DNA from: Phoronis australis
Lineage: Eukaryota; Animalia; Phoronida
Assembly: GCA_002633005.1 (NCBI GenBank)
Contig: NMRA01000210.1
Coordinates: forward strand, 496,001-560,000
Reading direction: 5' to 3'
Length of the DNA: 64,000 bases
The notes below the pieces were generated by a model. The model was not told where the DNA came from. It did no database searches and was given only the letters and a program-made list of their open reading frames with translations. The position numbers and the translations under genes were made by a program. Position 1 is the stretch's first letter. Each line of letters opens with the position of its first letter. Shown here piece after piece: positions 1 through 13,211 of this stretch.

Positions 1-38
1 CTTAGGTCATGTAGGACCCTAGAAAATGCCCAAATCTC

Positions 39-98
39 ACTAACTTTCAATATGGCCGACTAACTTTCAATATGGCCGACTAACTTTCAATATGGCGG
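39..98. repeat. 20-bp tandem repeat, about 3 copies
   Basis: ACTAACTTTCAATATGGCCG x3. Confidence 0.85.
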
Positions 99-183
99 AT
101 GGGATTCATATGAAACTTTTACTTAAATTTGTTGCCTTCTTGAACCCAGCTGTATCCCCTATAAACCTTTTGCAGGATCTTCC

Positions 184-380
184 TTAAATTTCACTGTTGA
201 ATTTCTAGGAATATGGCAGCTGGGAGGTTGACTGAGAATTGTTTAATTGTTGACGCAGATTTTCTTGAAACATTGTCGTTAAATTTGACTGGTGAATTTC
301 CAGGAATATGGCAGCTGAGGAGGATGACTGAGTAGTGTTTAGTTGTTAACGTTTTCTCGACAGATTTTCTTGAAACATTG
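184..380. repeat. Diverged ~95-100 bp tandem duplication
   Basis: Two copies of ttaaattt..gaatttc.aggaatatggcagctg..tgactgag..cagattttcttgaaacattg. Confidence 0.7.
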
Positions 381-1499
381 CTAATGGGTTACGGGTTCCC
401 ATTTTGTGGTGAATGTGACACATTGTATGCTACATTGTATGCCACCCAGGAGCCATTTTTATGTTGGCGTCTGCTGCTGTATTTTCAAACCCGTCGGAAT
501 GGATATTCATTAAACTGTACACATACATGTTCTGGTCATTGATGGGATGGCACTGTCATGAGCGACTTTTTGGATGGATCCAACTATGGGTGTGCCCCCT
601 ACTAACAATTTTAGTTTTTCTTACGTTTGCCTCTGTATCTTTGGAGTTCCTTTATATATTTTCATGAAGTTTGTCCTGTAGGTATCTATCAGGAGACAAT
701 GCACCTTGCCATACTCGAATGGATTTGATGTGTTTTCAAGCTCGTTTATTGGCGTCAGCATCTCTATCGGCCACACTATTCTAAAGATTGTTTTGAACAT
801 GTGCTTCTACTAGGAAGAGCATAGCTTACAATGATTTTTGAATGGCTTCAACTTCTGTGGCACCCCCTCGTGGCAGTTTCACTTCTTTCGCATCTGTAGC
901 TGTTTTTCCTAAACCCCTACAGGAATTTTGTAGAATTTGGCATGTGAATTTCTCTGGACGTGGCGATGGATGACAACGACTTTCGGACCTTCCTGACTAC
1001 CATTGTTCTCCCTAGTGGCAAGTTTAGTTTTTGAACGTTTTCTTCTTTATCTTCGGAGTTGTCTGAGGAATTTTCATGAAATTTGGCAAATAGTTTTCTG
1101 TTAGAGATAATGACACATTCTCATTTTCGGATATATTTGACTTATTGCCTTGGAATTGCACCTGTTTTAATTGCTTTATCAGTGCTAAGACAGCATCAGC
1201 AGCTTTCTGCGAATTTCTGGCGTTGGATACCTCTTCTATGGAGCTGTTGCTTATATGAAGTCTGCGAGGTTGTACACATTGACACTGACTTACTGTCAAC
1301 ATGGAAGGCTTTCTTCATTGGCTAAAGATTTGTTTATCAACTTGGACCTGCTGGCTTCAGCATACTGTGAACAGGCAGCTGTGTCTACGTTGTCGCGGAG
1401 GTTTTTGTAAGAAAATACAACTAATAATACAACCAGATAGGCTAGGGGTGGACCTGGGGTGGATTTAACCCTCCCAAACCCCCCTGGCTATGGACTGGA

Positions 1500-3137
1500 T
1501 GAGGTGCTGGGCTCAGCATGCTTTTGACATTACTAGAGAATGACCTATCGAAACTGTCTGATATTCAGTTACAAGAAAACTGAAACTGTTCTGTTTAGCC
1601 ATAAAATGAAATTCAATGTTGGTCCTCTATGGTTGATTGGGAAAAAAACAAACTGTTTCCAAGAACACTAACCTTATAGTTGTTGTCCCAGACAGCAAGC
1701 TCACTTAGACAACTATGCAACACAAGCAACTTGTGGACAAAACATGGTTTGTAAAACATGACACCATGAAATGGATATACACTGCTATGATAAGACCAGT
1801 GTTGTTATATTTATGTATGTCCTGGGTCAAGAGAATTGAAACACTAACTTCAGAAGGTAAAACCTTTAGCTTGTCTCATGATAACTTTACACTTCGTAGC
1901 GCACCATTGGAAGCAACATGGGAGGTGTTAATGAATGCGTAATGTCGACTAACAAACAATAAGTTTTACCCCGGCAACGTGTTGTTCGTCGGGTAAAATG
2001 ACGGTTTGGAAACGAAGGTGTGTCAAGAACGATGAGTTTGAAATGGTCAGTTGAGCCGTCACTCGAATTCCTGGCTATAGGTCAATAGCTGAGGCAGTCA
2101 TATGTCCTTTTGTATCGACCAGGCAGGAGTCTGGATTGCCAAGCCAGTGGGTACATCAGGGAAAACAGAGTCATGTTGACATGTGTAACAGTGCTAAAAA
2201 TAAACTTCCATTGTTGTGTATGCCAACTTATCAGTCCGAAAAAACCAAGACATTTGAAAGAAACAATGAATATTTTATTCTAATCTAAGCAAAAACGGTG
2301 TTATTAAATGTGAAAGGAAGTTTGATTTTAGTTCCACCAAAGCTCACTTTGATGGTGGGAGTTTTTATTGAACACTCAACTGACATACCACCAACTGAAA
2401 AGTCTTTATCTGGAAAACGTTCTGTTTTCCAAGGGGAGGCTTTTGCAATTACTGATGTTGCGGAAGAGCTGGTCAAAAAGGAATCCAAACCAAATCATTG
2501 GCCATCTTGTCTGATGTCCTGGCAGCTACTAAAGTCTTAAAAATGCTTCTCTGAAGTTACATTGTCCACCAGTGTATCCCTAACCTAAATAATTTAGTGG
2601 CCTGGATGCCTGGACATGTTGGTATCCAGGGTAATGAGGTATGGTGAAGCTGATTTATTAGCTGGGCTTGGTTCAGAACTTGAATTAGGAGGACCTGGAC
2701 CTGTTTTACCTGTCCCTTACGCCTTCTGTGTTTTAGAAATAAGGTATTGTTCAGTAAAACGATAGAATGTAGAACTTAAGAGGTAGTGAGCTGGGTAACT
2801 CCCAATTTGACTACCAAGCTTGAGGTCTCAACTGCAGTTGGTAATGCAGGTGATAGGTCACTGTAACCTGCAGAATCGTCGAGCAACAGAATCCTGCTGG
2901 CCAAAATGTTGGATGGAAGATGAAATGCCAGAACACCATGTCGGTCAGGTGTTTCCCTTGCCAAAGCATGAGAAAAGAATGCTTAGGAAGTACAGCAGAT
3001 TCAGTGAAAACTGTCATAGCTAAGAAACACATTAAAACACTTGCAAAATTCCTCAAGCAGGCTGGTATAGGCTTGCTGATTGTGAACAGGGAAATTGAAG
3101 CACAGTGTCTGTTACAGTTAGCCTGTAGGTCTAAGTA
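1500..3137 (+). mobile_element. Decayed 5'-truncated non-LTR retrotransposon (LOA/R1/I-like: post-RT region, RNase H, C-terminal zinc knuckle)
   Basis: Frameshifted motifs WIYTAMIRPVLLY, LRSAPLEA..EVLMN, SVFQGEAFAI, WMPGHVGIQGNE..ADLLA (RNase H) and GHCNL...PKC..EDE.PEH; boundaries approximate. Confidence 0.8.
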
Positions 3138-4370
3138 ACGTGTCGACCTTTTTGGCAAAGTTTATTTCGCAAAATTCTAACGCCTCTGTCACTCCTGCCG
3201 AACTGTACTAAGTTCACTGTTGCATTACCGGTAGGTATTATTAGGTTATGCCCCCTAGTGGCCTCAATTGTTTTTGTGCCCTTTGTCATCTGCCTCCCTG
3301 TATTCCAAATTTCACGAACATTCTGATGAGCGTCAAGTGCGTTCCTCGGAGTATTTCTGACTTACTTTACACTATCTGGAGACTGTTGACACGCCATTTA
3401 GTGGGAATGTGTAAAATGAAGATCATTTGGTGTATTTGCGCTGTATGCGATGCTGTATGTGGTGCATATCTGCGCTATGTGTTTCACTTGTATGAGTTAC
3501 AGCTAACTGAAATATTTTGATGGCATTTTCTAACAAGTATTTTCAAAAAAGTTTCATTGTTTTTGTCGAGAATTCAGTGGTGACAGGGAGGTGATGTAAT
3601 GGAAGGCTAAGGTTTGGCGATAATCCAGGACAAAGGTAATTATTGCATTTGCAATCGTACGTCACATCTCCCATCTGAGTCGTATCGATTCGATTGTGCA
3701 ATCCCGAAAAGGTCGAAAAATCAGTATAATGTGCATTGTAGCTAAATCCCCTCAAACTTATTATGTGATTAATGTACTTTGTAATAGATATCTTGATAAG
3801 TAGGAGAAGACCTCCGCAAGGCATACTGACAACAAAGTCTCATCAGAAAATGAGAGTGCCAATACTACCTGTTAATCGTGAATCAGTAGTGTCGGGATCT
3901 TAATACTGAGACAATAGCCGACTTTCGAAATAGCCGTGTCATATCAAATTCACTAACCCGCCAGATGATGACCAGGTCCTTAGTGGACAGGCGTTCAGCA
4001 CCACCTACAGATGCCATGTAATACAGATCGGAGGTTTCAACCTATTGGTATAAACAGCATTTTAATATCTTTGCTGCCATCATAATGCCGGCAAATTTCC
4101 ACTGCTATGTGGTGTGATGTACTGATGTCTTACGAAAAAGGCAAAGCCTTTGAAATATCTATTGATGAGCAAGAATACCCTGTTCCATACATTGTCCCGC
4201 TGCCATAATATATCCATGTCAAAGCCTGTGGCTGCCGTTGCTAAAGCGGGAGAATTTCGATTCCAGCTTGTCAAAGAAGCTAAAATGAATTGGTGAACTA
4301 ATTAAACGATGGGAGGGGCTGATGTGGGATTTATTCCTCTGCTTTTATATTTATGAACCGTAATGTAGTA

Positions 4371-5850
4371 CCGTATTCGCCGTAATAACCGCCCATGCCC
4401 CTATAAGCAGCCTCCCACGCGTTTTCAGACTTCGCTAAAATAAGCGCCCAGTCCATGAACGTGTACGTGCGAAAAATGACTTACTTACAGTCCTAAAATT
4501 CCACAGTAATGTCTTCAATTTATCAATAATATTTGACAGTCCTGAAAAAATCATTGTCCGCGGAATTTGTAGACCTCGAGCCTCGCCGCTAAGTTGGTAT
4601 TTAGCTGTGACTATACACTTCATACTTCCGCCTTGCTCAACACGAACACAAAAGTTTTGCTGATCTTGCGAGGACCAATGGTCTTGCCTTTCAGAACAGA
4701 AGTAGTGTACTTGTCTAGGGGATTGCTTTGTAAATATTTCCTGCTTTCAGCAAGAATCCAAATTTCTTTGTACACATGAAAACCACGAATCGAATCGAAG
4801 ATAATAAAAAGCTTGGCCAGTGTTAAAAGCACATGGTCAGGAATCTGTCATCAAAGACATTACTCGGGAACTATCCATTCATGAAATGGGTAGCATAGCA
4901 TTGGCAAGAAATGAATATTGGCTCTAAATTCCGACAGTTTCTAATACTGAAAAAAATGTTTGCGTATTTTTGAAAATGAATTGTTTGATTAACCATAATT
5001 GGCGTTTTTAAGCCAAATATCCGATAAAATGACCGCTGACAGTGAATGCTTACACACCCTTACACCGAAAAATAACGCATCCAGCCTCATGGTGACTAAT
5101 ATGGGCCTTACCGAGACAAATGTCGAACATTTTTAGCACATGAGACCGGCAAGTGCTGAATGAAACACGCTCTGGTTTAGGCCTACAGCTTGTGCAAATT
5201 TCTTTAGATACAGTGCATATCTAGTAGCTTGTTAGATTGCGTGGCTCTAGTAAAAAGACGGTCTCTGCTCTGGCAAATGAACTCTGGTGACATGCACACG
5301 CTCGCTTACTCGCAAACGCAGACAACTTCAAAACAAACGTCACGTGACAACAACATTGTGTGTTTGTCCAGACGTTTTTCTCGTGTTGCCGATCACACAT
5401 GTAGATGGCACAGATTTGTACTTAATCTGCCGTTAATCCCGACTCCATGGGTGGCAACTTAAATATCTTAGGGACGTTACTTGGAAAACTTAATGAGGAT
5501 TTTGGGTAATTTGCTCGAGTCAAAACTGTATTTTTATTCAAGCATTCAAGTTGCCATATCGACGATTGGGTGGCAGTCAGTCGGCGAGTTTTCGCCCTGG
5601 GATTTCAGCACAATTTTCTGTAAAATTATTGTAATTTAGCAGCAAAGTTTGATAGCAATGCACCACGGTTTTGTAGTAAGTCTTTCATAGATTACAGATA
5701 CGTCACAGAGCGTAAATGTGATGAATCTTAGTTTCCGATTTCACCCGTTTCGGAGACCGGGTTTCAACAGCCTTGAGTTATAATAAGCGCCCCTTGCCCC
5801 CCGAAACGAACTTTCCTAAGCGCCCTGGGTGGTTATTACGGCGAATACTG
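4371..5850. mobile_element. Non-autonomous Tc1/mariner-pogo-like DNA transposon, 1480 bp
   Basis: TIRs CCGTATTCGCCGTAATAACCGCCCA / TGGGTGGTTATTACGGCGAATACTG flanked by TA on both sides; no transposase ORF. Confidence 0.85.
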
Positions 5851-7331
5851 TAATTTGGAATTCATGTCTGTCCCCCAAATCTGAGTCACTTTCGTGCTCT
5901 CAATACTCTAGAGAGCGCCAATATGACAAGTCCCCTATTTATTAGTGTAAGCACTGTTGAGTTAGCTAGACTAGTTCTAGTCCCATGCCGTCTCTATGTT
6001 CCGTGATGCTCTATGGTTTATTGAATCATTTACTGTTTGACGTTATATACATTCACAGTAGGTGATGATAATATCGTGTGGTAGCTGCATTGTCCACCAA
6101 TGAAATACGGAACAGCTACTTTTCCATAAAGCCCAGTGCACGTTTATTTTACAGTTTACCTTGTCGTTTATTCCATCGTTCTTAAAGTCTAATGTCTGTC
6201 CATTCTTCAAATTTTCATTTTGTTTCTTGTTCATAACAAGTTTAGAACTGAACGGTGAGTTTGCTGAAAATGTCTACGCTGCTGCCACTTAATTTACCAG
6301 CAGTGGACTCAGTTAATGCGCATCTTGATTCTATATTTATGTATGATAAATATGTTATGCAACGTATGTGATAATCAGAGTGGGATAATATTCCTATCTC
6401 GATTTGTGATATGCAACACGACTTAAACTCGCCGTTTTGCTCTCATTTAAAACAGCTAGAATATTTACAAGTCATGATATAATACCCCTCAGTGATCATT
6501 ATGTATGTTATACTAACATACATCTATTGTACAATCTCTCTTCTAAATGTTAACACAATAAAGTGAACAAAAATTACATTGCTTTTCTCGGTGCATCAGT
6601 GAACCCTGACGTTTCACCAGTTTTGTAAATCGGGGTCTCGTTCACAGCTAATCCTTGTTGCCTTGTGCCAGGACTGTATTATGTTGCAGTGCTCAGTCAT
6701 ATTACCAGGCACTGGTGAGGTTGTTGGCTTAGTAAGCAAGAGCTGTGAAAGGAGATAGACTTATTACGTTACTGTATGAAAAAGTGCAATTGGCCGCATA
6801 AGCACCAGCAAAAACTGTTTGAGGTATTTGTGTAAACTCCGTCATTATTGTGTGTTCATTTTGCTGTCCATTTTTCAATGGCGGTGAAATATTCTGGTCA
6901 AAATGGAAGTGGCGTGGTCATTACGGGCCCGTTGGAAGGTGAATACTGCCGCAAAGGAGGGTGATGAGTCGTCCATATTTTTACACGCTCTAGAGAAACT
7001 GCACATGCATATGGTGCAAACTCGGCTATCGTAGCTCCATCTGGTGATTAATACAGTCATCACTTATGAGTTACTTACCAAGTGGAAAAGCAGGATTCTT
7101 CTACACCTATTTACGTTTCAGTTCAGTGAGGTTTTTGATGATGTAATTTTCAACGTTGTCTAAAAATTCAACAATTCGTTTTTAAAAACTGCTATAATGT
7201 GAAGCAGTAAAATTGCATTCTTATTGCTTTACGGTTTTGAGCTCTGCGATTAAGAATGGTGATAAGTGTGCCAGATCATTAACTTTTGCTAATTTAAGGC
7301 CACTTTCTTAACCATGGACTATTTGTTTAAT

Positions 7332-7626
7332 TTATTTATTTTATTTATGGTGATATTTAAAATGAGGGTGGCCTCTTCAGTGATAGCACTGCTTTCCAAG
7401 AGGGCCCTCAGCAACGAAATATAAAACAGTAATATAATACAATAAAGTAATAAAACGGTAATTAAATACATGTAACAGAGATACAATTAAAACAGTTTGA
7501 GAATTAAGATATTATATAAATGACAAAGGAAAATGAAAATTTAATTAAGAGAGATGAAATAAATAAAGAAATGATACTAAATAGCGAGAGTATGTACAAT
7601 AATGAAAAAGTCATAATTAAGGCAGG
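7332..7626 (-). mobile_element. LINE (CR1/L2-group-like) 3' tail insertion with a long flanking direct repeat
   Basis: Minus strand gagggccctcttggaaagcagtg...(AATA)n tail; ~36 bp direct repeat at 7296-7331 and 7627-7663; same tail motif at ~28821 and ~29295. Confidence 0.55.
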
Positions 7627-7902
7627 TAAGGTCACTTTCTTAACATGGGACTATTTGTTTAATATTGCCAAAAACAAACTTCCGGCTGTGTTTAGTCAAT
7701 ATTCATTAAAATTCATGTTGACTGTGCAGACGCACCGAGCAGAGTGGGCGTATTGATTTGTAGTCTTGAAAAATTCAGTTGGGCTTTGTTAGTAACGTGT
7801 AAGAAGGACAAACGGTTTTGATGAGCTTTTGTTTGTAGTAAGCGATAATACCATTTGTTAGCATGCGTGAAGGGGGAAACATAAAACTTGGTGCTGCAGT
7901 TA

Positions 7903-8108
7903 TGAGCCAACTTTGACTTACGGTATCTTGGGGAAGGGCTAAGCACCCCCAATGTTGTCAGAAATGCCCTTCTGCGGAGATAAAGATGTATTTGTATGTT
8001 CATATTAACATGGTTCTGAGCCAACTTTGATTTGTGGAAGGGCTAAGCACCTCAATGTTGTCAGAAATGCCCTGCTGCGGAGGTAGAGGTGTATTTCTAC
8101 GTACATAG
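7903..8108. repeat. Imperfect ~110 bp tandem duplication
   Basis: tgagccaactttga...gaagggctaagcacc..aatgttgtcagaaatgccct..tgcggag occurs twice. Confidence 0.75.
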
Positions 8109-8272
8109 TCGCAGTACTCGTGTTTTGTTAGAGTAGGTATTTATGACCAAGTTGTAAAAAACCTGCATGTTGACCAACACCAATTGTACCATGTTTCATT
8201 TACGGTATCCAAACATACTTCATAAAGCAGCTGTGACGGTCAGTTTACTGCCTTCAATATTAAAAAAAAAAC

Positions 8273-8499
8273 AATTGCAGGTGGTCTGATACACATTGTA
8301 CCAGACATGCGCAGGCCTCGCATGTGGGCCCATTGCACTGATCACCTGGAACAATTTTTATGCTTTATTAATATATGGTTAAAACTGAGCTGAGGAGCTA
8401 GAAACCTGGCTCAAGGGTTTAGCAGTGTGACATGGTAGGACTTGAACCCACGACCTCGAGTAAAGAAAGCGGGCACTTATCAACCAGGCCACACTGCCT
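8273..8499 (-). mobile_element. tRNA-derived SINE (same family as 63307-63543)
   Basis: Reverse complement nearly identical to the 63307 copy; TSD cttca(a/g)tattaa at 8252-8263 and 8501-8512. Confidence 0.88.
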
Positions 8500-8702
8500 A
8501 CTTCAGTATTAAGTAATATGGAATTATCAGTTTTTTTTAAGTGAGAAGAGTTGACAGCAATTTTTGACGGGGAATGGTCTTATTCAGAAGGTTATGACAT
8601 AAAGTTGTCCGATGGATATATTGGCGGGTCAAAAACGGCTAACCTCAAAGTCAGATAAAAGAAGAATGAAGCATGCTATTTAGCCATAAATCACACTGTT
8701 AA

Positions 8703-9097
8703 GGACCTTTCATACTAATGTTGATGTGTCAATTTTTTGCGGTCAGTATGAACGCTTAACTTCAGTCCTATCGAAGTTATCACCGGGTGCCACTGTCATC
8801 ATCAACAATTACAGGGTAGTGCCGTTGGTAATAGTTGCTTATATTTTGCTTTAATAATCACCAATCAATTGAAGAATAAGTTTTATGCCAATTAGTACAT
8901 GCTAATGTTCCCTAATTATCACATTAAAAAAATCTTAGCGGGCAGCGCTACCTTGTGATAACTTTGATGACGACTCCATCTCCTACCGTTTACTTTGATG
9001 TTTATTAACTGCCGAAGCCAGTATGAGCGATCCAGTCAACTTCACAATATATGTTGACTCTCGGCTCACACAGGAGTTAATTCAATATGAAAGGGCC
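8703..9097. mobile_element. PIF/Harbinger-like MITE; partial second copy at ~46540-46722
   Basis: TIR-like ends ggacctttcata / tatgaaagggcc in a TAA/TT context; right half recurs at 46.55-46.72 kb ending gaaagggcc|ttaa. Confidence 0.6.
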
Positions 9098-9546
9098 TTT
9101 AAGGTCCATTCCAACCACAGTGTAACTATGTTAAAAAACAGTGCAGTAATGTGTCTCAAAGGTACACCGGTTTTATGGCACGAGTTCACTCGCTGTTTCA
9201 ATGTTATTACTGAACAGCTTCCTACTACCCACTGTGTTCAACTTGTCATATAACTTATACAACACAGTCATCTCTAAATAGATCTATCACGACGATGACG
9301 AAGCAAATTTGAAGTGGCATATTCATTTTTTTATCAAAAATGCTTTCATTGAATACTGAGTGCATCAGGCGTTGCAGTCTGCCTGCTACTTTTCAGCTTT
9401 TCTGCTGTCATTCTCCCGACATTTCAAAATGACTCATTCACATGTCATTGATGTGGATTTCTGGACTCATTCAAAGTTCATGTCGAACATGTTGAATTGC
9501 CGTCTCATGGCTTGGCTTACTAAATGTACAAATGGTTTATTTTCAG

Positions 9547-9648
9547 ATTAGAAAGTTTGAAAAGCTGGAAACAGACGAAGAAAGGATAAACCTGGGAAAA
9601 ACAGTGTATGATAATTACATAATGAAAGAGTTGGTGTCCAGGTCACAT
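9547..9648 (+). CDS. GRK2: GRK2/3-type receptor kinase, RH-domain exon (first exon found in window)
   Basis: tttcag|ATT..CAT|gtaagt; 102 nt; IRKFEKLETDEERINLGKTVYDNYIMKELVSRSH aligns with human GRK2 IKKYEKLETEEER...DSYIMKELLACSH. Confidence 0.93.
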
Positions 9649-9986
9649 GTAAGTGTTACCATGGTGACGATTCTGCTCTCTGTGTTTCAGTTGAAATCGT
9701 TGTGCAGATACCACTTGAGTGCAGCTTGTGTGCACGACAGCAGAATGTATGTTGCAAATGAATTGAAAACCTTCACTCTTGTACTACCCAGCAAATATGC
9801 AATCAGTCTGTCAAGTCTTGGGGTTTGGTTTTATTTGCTTTTGAAGGTTGACAATTAACGTGCAATGTTGTGCTGTTTGTTTTCCACTATTAGCATTGAA
9901 TGAGTTAATCACTAGTTCAAGCATAATATTGGCTTGATCTTCGCTTCTAAGATAATAAAATTGATAAGTTTATCACCTTCTTTCAG

Positions 9987-10073
9987 ACATATTCCAAAAA
10001 TGCTGTAGATCACGTACAAGAAATGTTGACTCAAGCCCAACGGACAAGATTATTGAACAGTGATGTGTTTGAG
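9987..10073 (+). CDS. GRK2: GRK2/3 RH-domain exon
   Basis: tttcag|ACA..GAG|gtaagg; 87 nt, phase 0/0; TYSKNAVDHVQEMLTQAQRTRLLNSDVFE (cf. human PFSKSATEHVQ...DLFQ). Confidence 0.88.
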
Positions 10074-10109
10074 GTAAGGCTTGTTGATCAGCTGGTCACT
10101 GAATCAGTG

Positions 10110-10236
10110 ATTGACCAACTAATCACTGAGTTACGGTGAGAGTTGAGACAGATCAACCAAATAGTCACTGAGTTATGGTGAGAGTTGAGACAGACTGACC
10201 ATCTAGTCAGCGCGTTACAGTGGGAGTTGAGACTGA
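10110..10236. repeat. ~42 bp minisatellite, about 3 copies; related unit at ~12110-12160
   Basis: gaccaactaatcactgagttacggtgagagttgagacaga and variants. Confidence 0.7.
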
Positions 10237-11024
10237 ATGCTGGGATCATTTTGTAAAAAATCATGAAAAGTGGCAGATGTGCTCCTACTGAAAAGAACAG
10301 GATTGACATCGGATGGCTTCGACTACTGTGGAGCCCCCTAGTGGCAGTTTCTTTTTTTTGCATCCATCAGGGTTAAATTTGGAAAGCGTATTCCTTTAAG
10401 CACTGCTACGAATGACGCCGAATTTCAGACGGACAGATCCAACTACCACAATTATACCATTTAGTTGCAATTTTAGTTTTTTATGTTTCTCTCTGTATTT
10501 TCAGAGATCTTTTACGGATTTTTATGAACTTTGGCTGATAGTATTCTATGAAAGAGACCATGATGATTTTCCATTTTAGGTTCAGATTCAACGATTACAT
10601 CCGGTGGCTGTTCATATTATTTTCAAGTTTGGTTTTTGGCAACCACCTCTCTTACAGCCAAGTCACTCTAATGATCGTTATGAAAATTGACACGTCTTCT
10701 TACGACTGATGGTGATTTTTGGACGAGTCTTGACAGCTGTGGCACCGCCTTGTGGAAATTTTGTTTTTTTTTTTTTGGTTGTGACTTAATATTTACTAAA
10801 TTCCTTGATGTTTATTGTTCATGAAATACGGTATGTGTTGCTATTTAGGCGAGTACATCTGACATATTTTGGGAGAAATCCTACTACTGTGGAGTCCCCT
10901 TCTTTAATTTTAGTTTTCTTTGTATCCCTTGATACCTTCATTGTTCCTCGAATAATGTTCATTAAATTTGGCAAATAAGTTACTATACAATATCAGCTGT
11001 CCAGTTGCAAGCAGATTTGACCTA

Positions 11025-11740
11025 CCGTATTCGCCGTAATAACCACCCAACATCGTGCCATCTACATGTATGATCGGCAACATGGCGAGAAAAATGTCTG
11101 GACAAACACACATGTTGTTGTCACGTGACGTTTGTTTTGAAGTTCGTCTGCATTTGTGAGTAAGCGAGCACGTGCGTGTCACCAGAGTTCATTTGCCAAA
11201 GCAGAGACCGTCTTTTGGCCAGAGCCACGCAATCTAACGAGGTAGATGTGCATTAATTGTGTCTAAAGAAATTTGCACAAGCAGTAGGCCTAGACCAGAG
11301 CGTGTTTCATTCAGCACTTACCAGTCTCGTGTGTTAAAAACGTTCGACATTTGTCTCGGTAAGGCCCATATTAGTCACCATGTAGCTGGATGCGTACGTA
11401 ACTATCCGGGTGTGTAAGCATTCACTGTCAGTTGTCATTTTATCGGATATTCAGCTTAAAAACACCAATTATGGTTAATCAAACAATTCATCTCAAAATA
11501 ACGCAAACATGTTTTATAGTATTAGAAATTGTCGGAAATTAGTGCCAATATTCATTTCTTACCGATGTTATGCTACCCGTTTCATGAATGGATAGTTCCC
11601 GACTTGCGTCTTTGATGACAGGTTCATATATGTAGCGCGCGCTTCCTGGCCACGTGCGTTTAACACCGAGTTCTTTTATTCATGTGTCAGTCGATGTGTC
11701 TACTGAAAGGTCAGACCATAGTGGGACACGGTCGTCGCGA
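11025..11740 (-). mobile_element. Internally deleted, inverted copy of the 4371-5850 element
   Basis: TA|CCGTATTCGCCGTAATAACCACCCA, then reverse complement of about 5410-4690; right boundary approximate. Confidence 0.8.
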
Positions 11741-12462
11741 GAGTAGCTATTTAAAATTTACCTGCATTGCTCCCTTTGTAATGGGAATTTTTTAAAATAA
11801 AGATGATCTCTTGTATCTTCGCTGTATGTGATGCACACGGTGAACACATATCAGTTCTCCAAGTTGCTTCTGTTTTTATCTTCCTGTTGCACTGATAAGC
11901 TACCGCCTATCGTTGTTGTTGTGTTCGTAATTTGGTTACATACATTGTGAAAAAATTCGATCAGCTGGTCTGCATCAAACATGTAACAAGTCTTGAATTG
12001 GTATTTACTGGTCTGCCTTGTCATTGTGTTAGAATTTGTGTATTACATTTCAGTAGCAAGACAAAGTATGGCGTGATTGCCTTACACCATTTTGATTGAT
12101 GAAATGGTAACCCATGTTACAGCGCGAGTTGAGACTGATTGGCCAACTGGTCATTGAGTTACTTATTTGCGACAGAATTGGCAATGTTTCACTTACAGTT
12201 TTGAATGTGGTGCTTCACTAATACATGTCAATTATGAAAGCACAGTTTTGAGCACAAAATATTGAAAGCGCTCCTTGTCTTAGTCTATTTTACATCTTTC
12301 TATTTTTTAAACGCGATAACATTGCAGAAAAGCAACACAGTTTGAACAATAAATTTAAACAAACCCAGAAATCGCAGACCATTTTGTGCAATCAAAGGAT
12401 GTGATTGAGCTGTTTTCATGTGTTGCGTTATCTTTGTCAATAGCCATGTCTTCATTTTTCAG

Positions 12463-12524
12463 CCGTACATAGAAGAAATCTGTGATTCACTAAGGGGTCA
12501 TATATTTCAGAAATTTATAGACAG
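12463..12524 (+). CDS. GRK2: GRK2/3 RH-domain exon
   Basis: tttcag|CCG..AG|gtgagt; 62 nt; [20 protein letters not shown](S). Confidence 0.93.
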
Positions 12525-13159
12525 GTGAGTGACAGACCTGTTTAAGATGTGTTCAAAAATGGAGAGAAAAAATATAAGGCTTGTTTTCCAAGACTTGACT
12601 GTTCCAGCGAGCTCAAAAAATTGGTCAAGACTTTTTTGAGAAGGATTTTCGCTCAAGGTTTTAAATTTGCTGGTATTGTACACCTTGATTATTTTATTGT
12701 GGGGTTACAGTTACAATGCTTTATCATTAAACTGGCAGTTGGTTGTTTGTCTAGACTAAAACCGATTGCTTAATAATTGACTAACTCTAAATACATAAAT
12801 ATATTCCCTTCAGGCCACTGAGTTGTCTTGTCCTATCTAATATCCGTTTTATTGATTACATGGTAAAACCTTCATTTAAGGCAGTCTCAAGTTTGGGACA
12901 CTGAAGCTAATGTTAGATGTGTTGCTAGGTCTCCTTTGTTTCACAGCTATGCTCAGAGACCCTAATTAGTTGGAAAATAATTAACTTTTCAGTGTCCCAA
13001 GTGGTTGGAGTTTTGCTGTATGCGCTGTATGCGGATGCCAATTTGTCACATCAGACGTGGTGCTATTGAGTTAATTGCAGTTATAATACTGACGGATATT
13101 GGTATCAAATGAAGCTGACAAGACATTTAACTTGCATGTTAACTTTTTGTTGATTTCAG

Positions 13160-13211
13160 TGACAAGTACACAAGGTTCTGTCAATGGAAAAATTTAGAGT
13201 TGAATATTCAA
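13160..13211 (+). CDS. GRK2: GRK2/3 RH-domain exon
   Basis: tttcag|T GAC..CAA|gtaagt; 52 nt; DKYTRFCQWKNLELNIQ. Confidence 0.94.

Noticed and set aside
1-9546. GRK N-terminal exons (MADLEAVLADVSYLMAMEK etc.)
   Set aside because: Not recognised by eye; probably upstream of the window, though a short diverged exon could have been missed.
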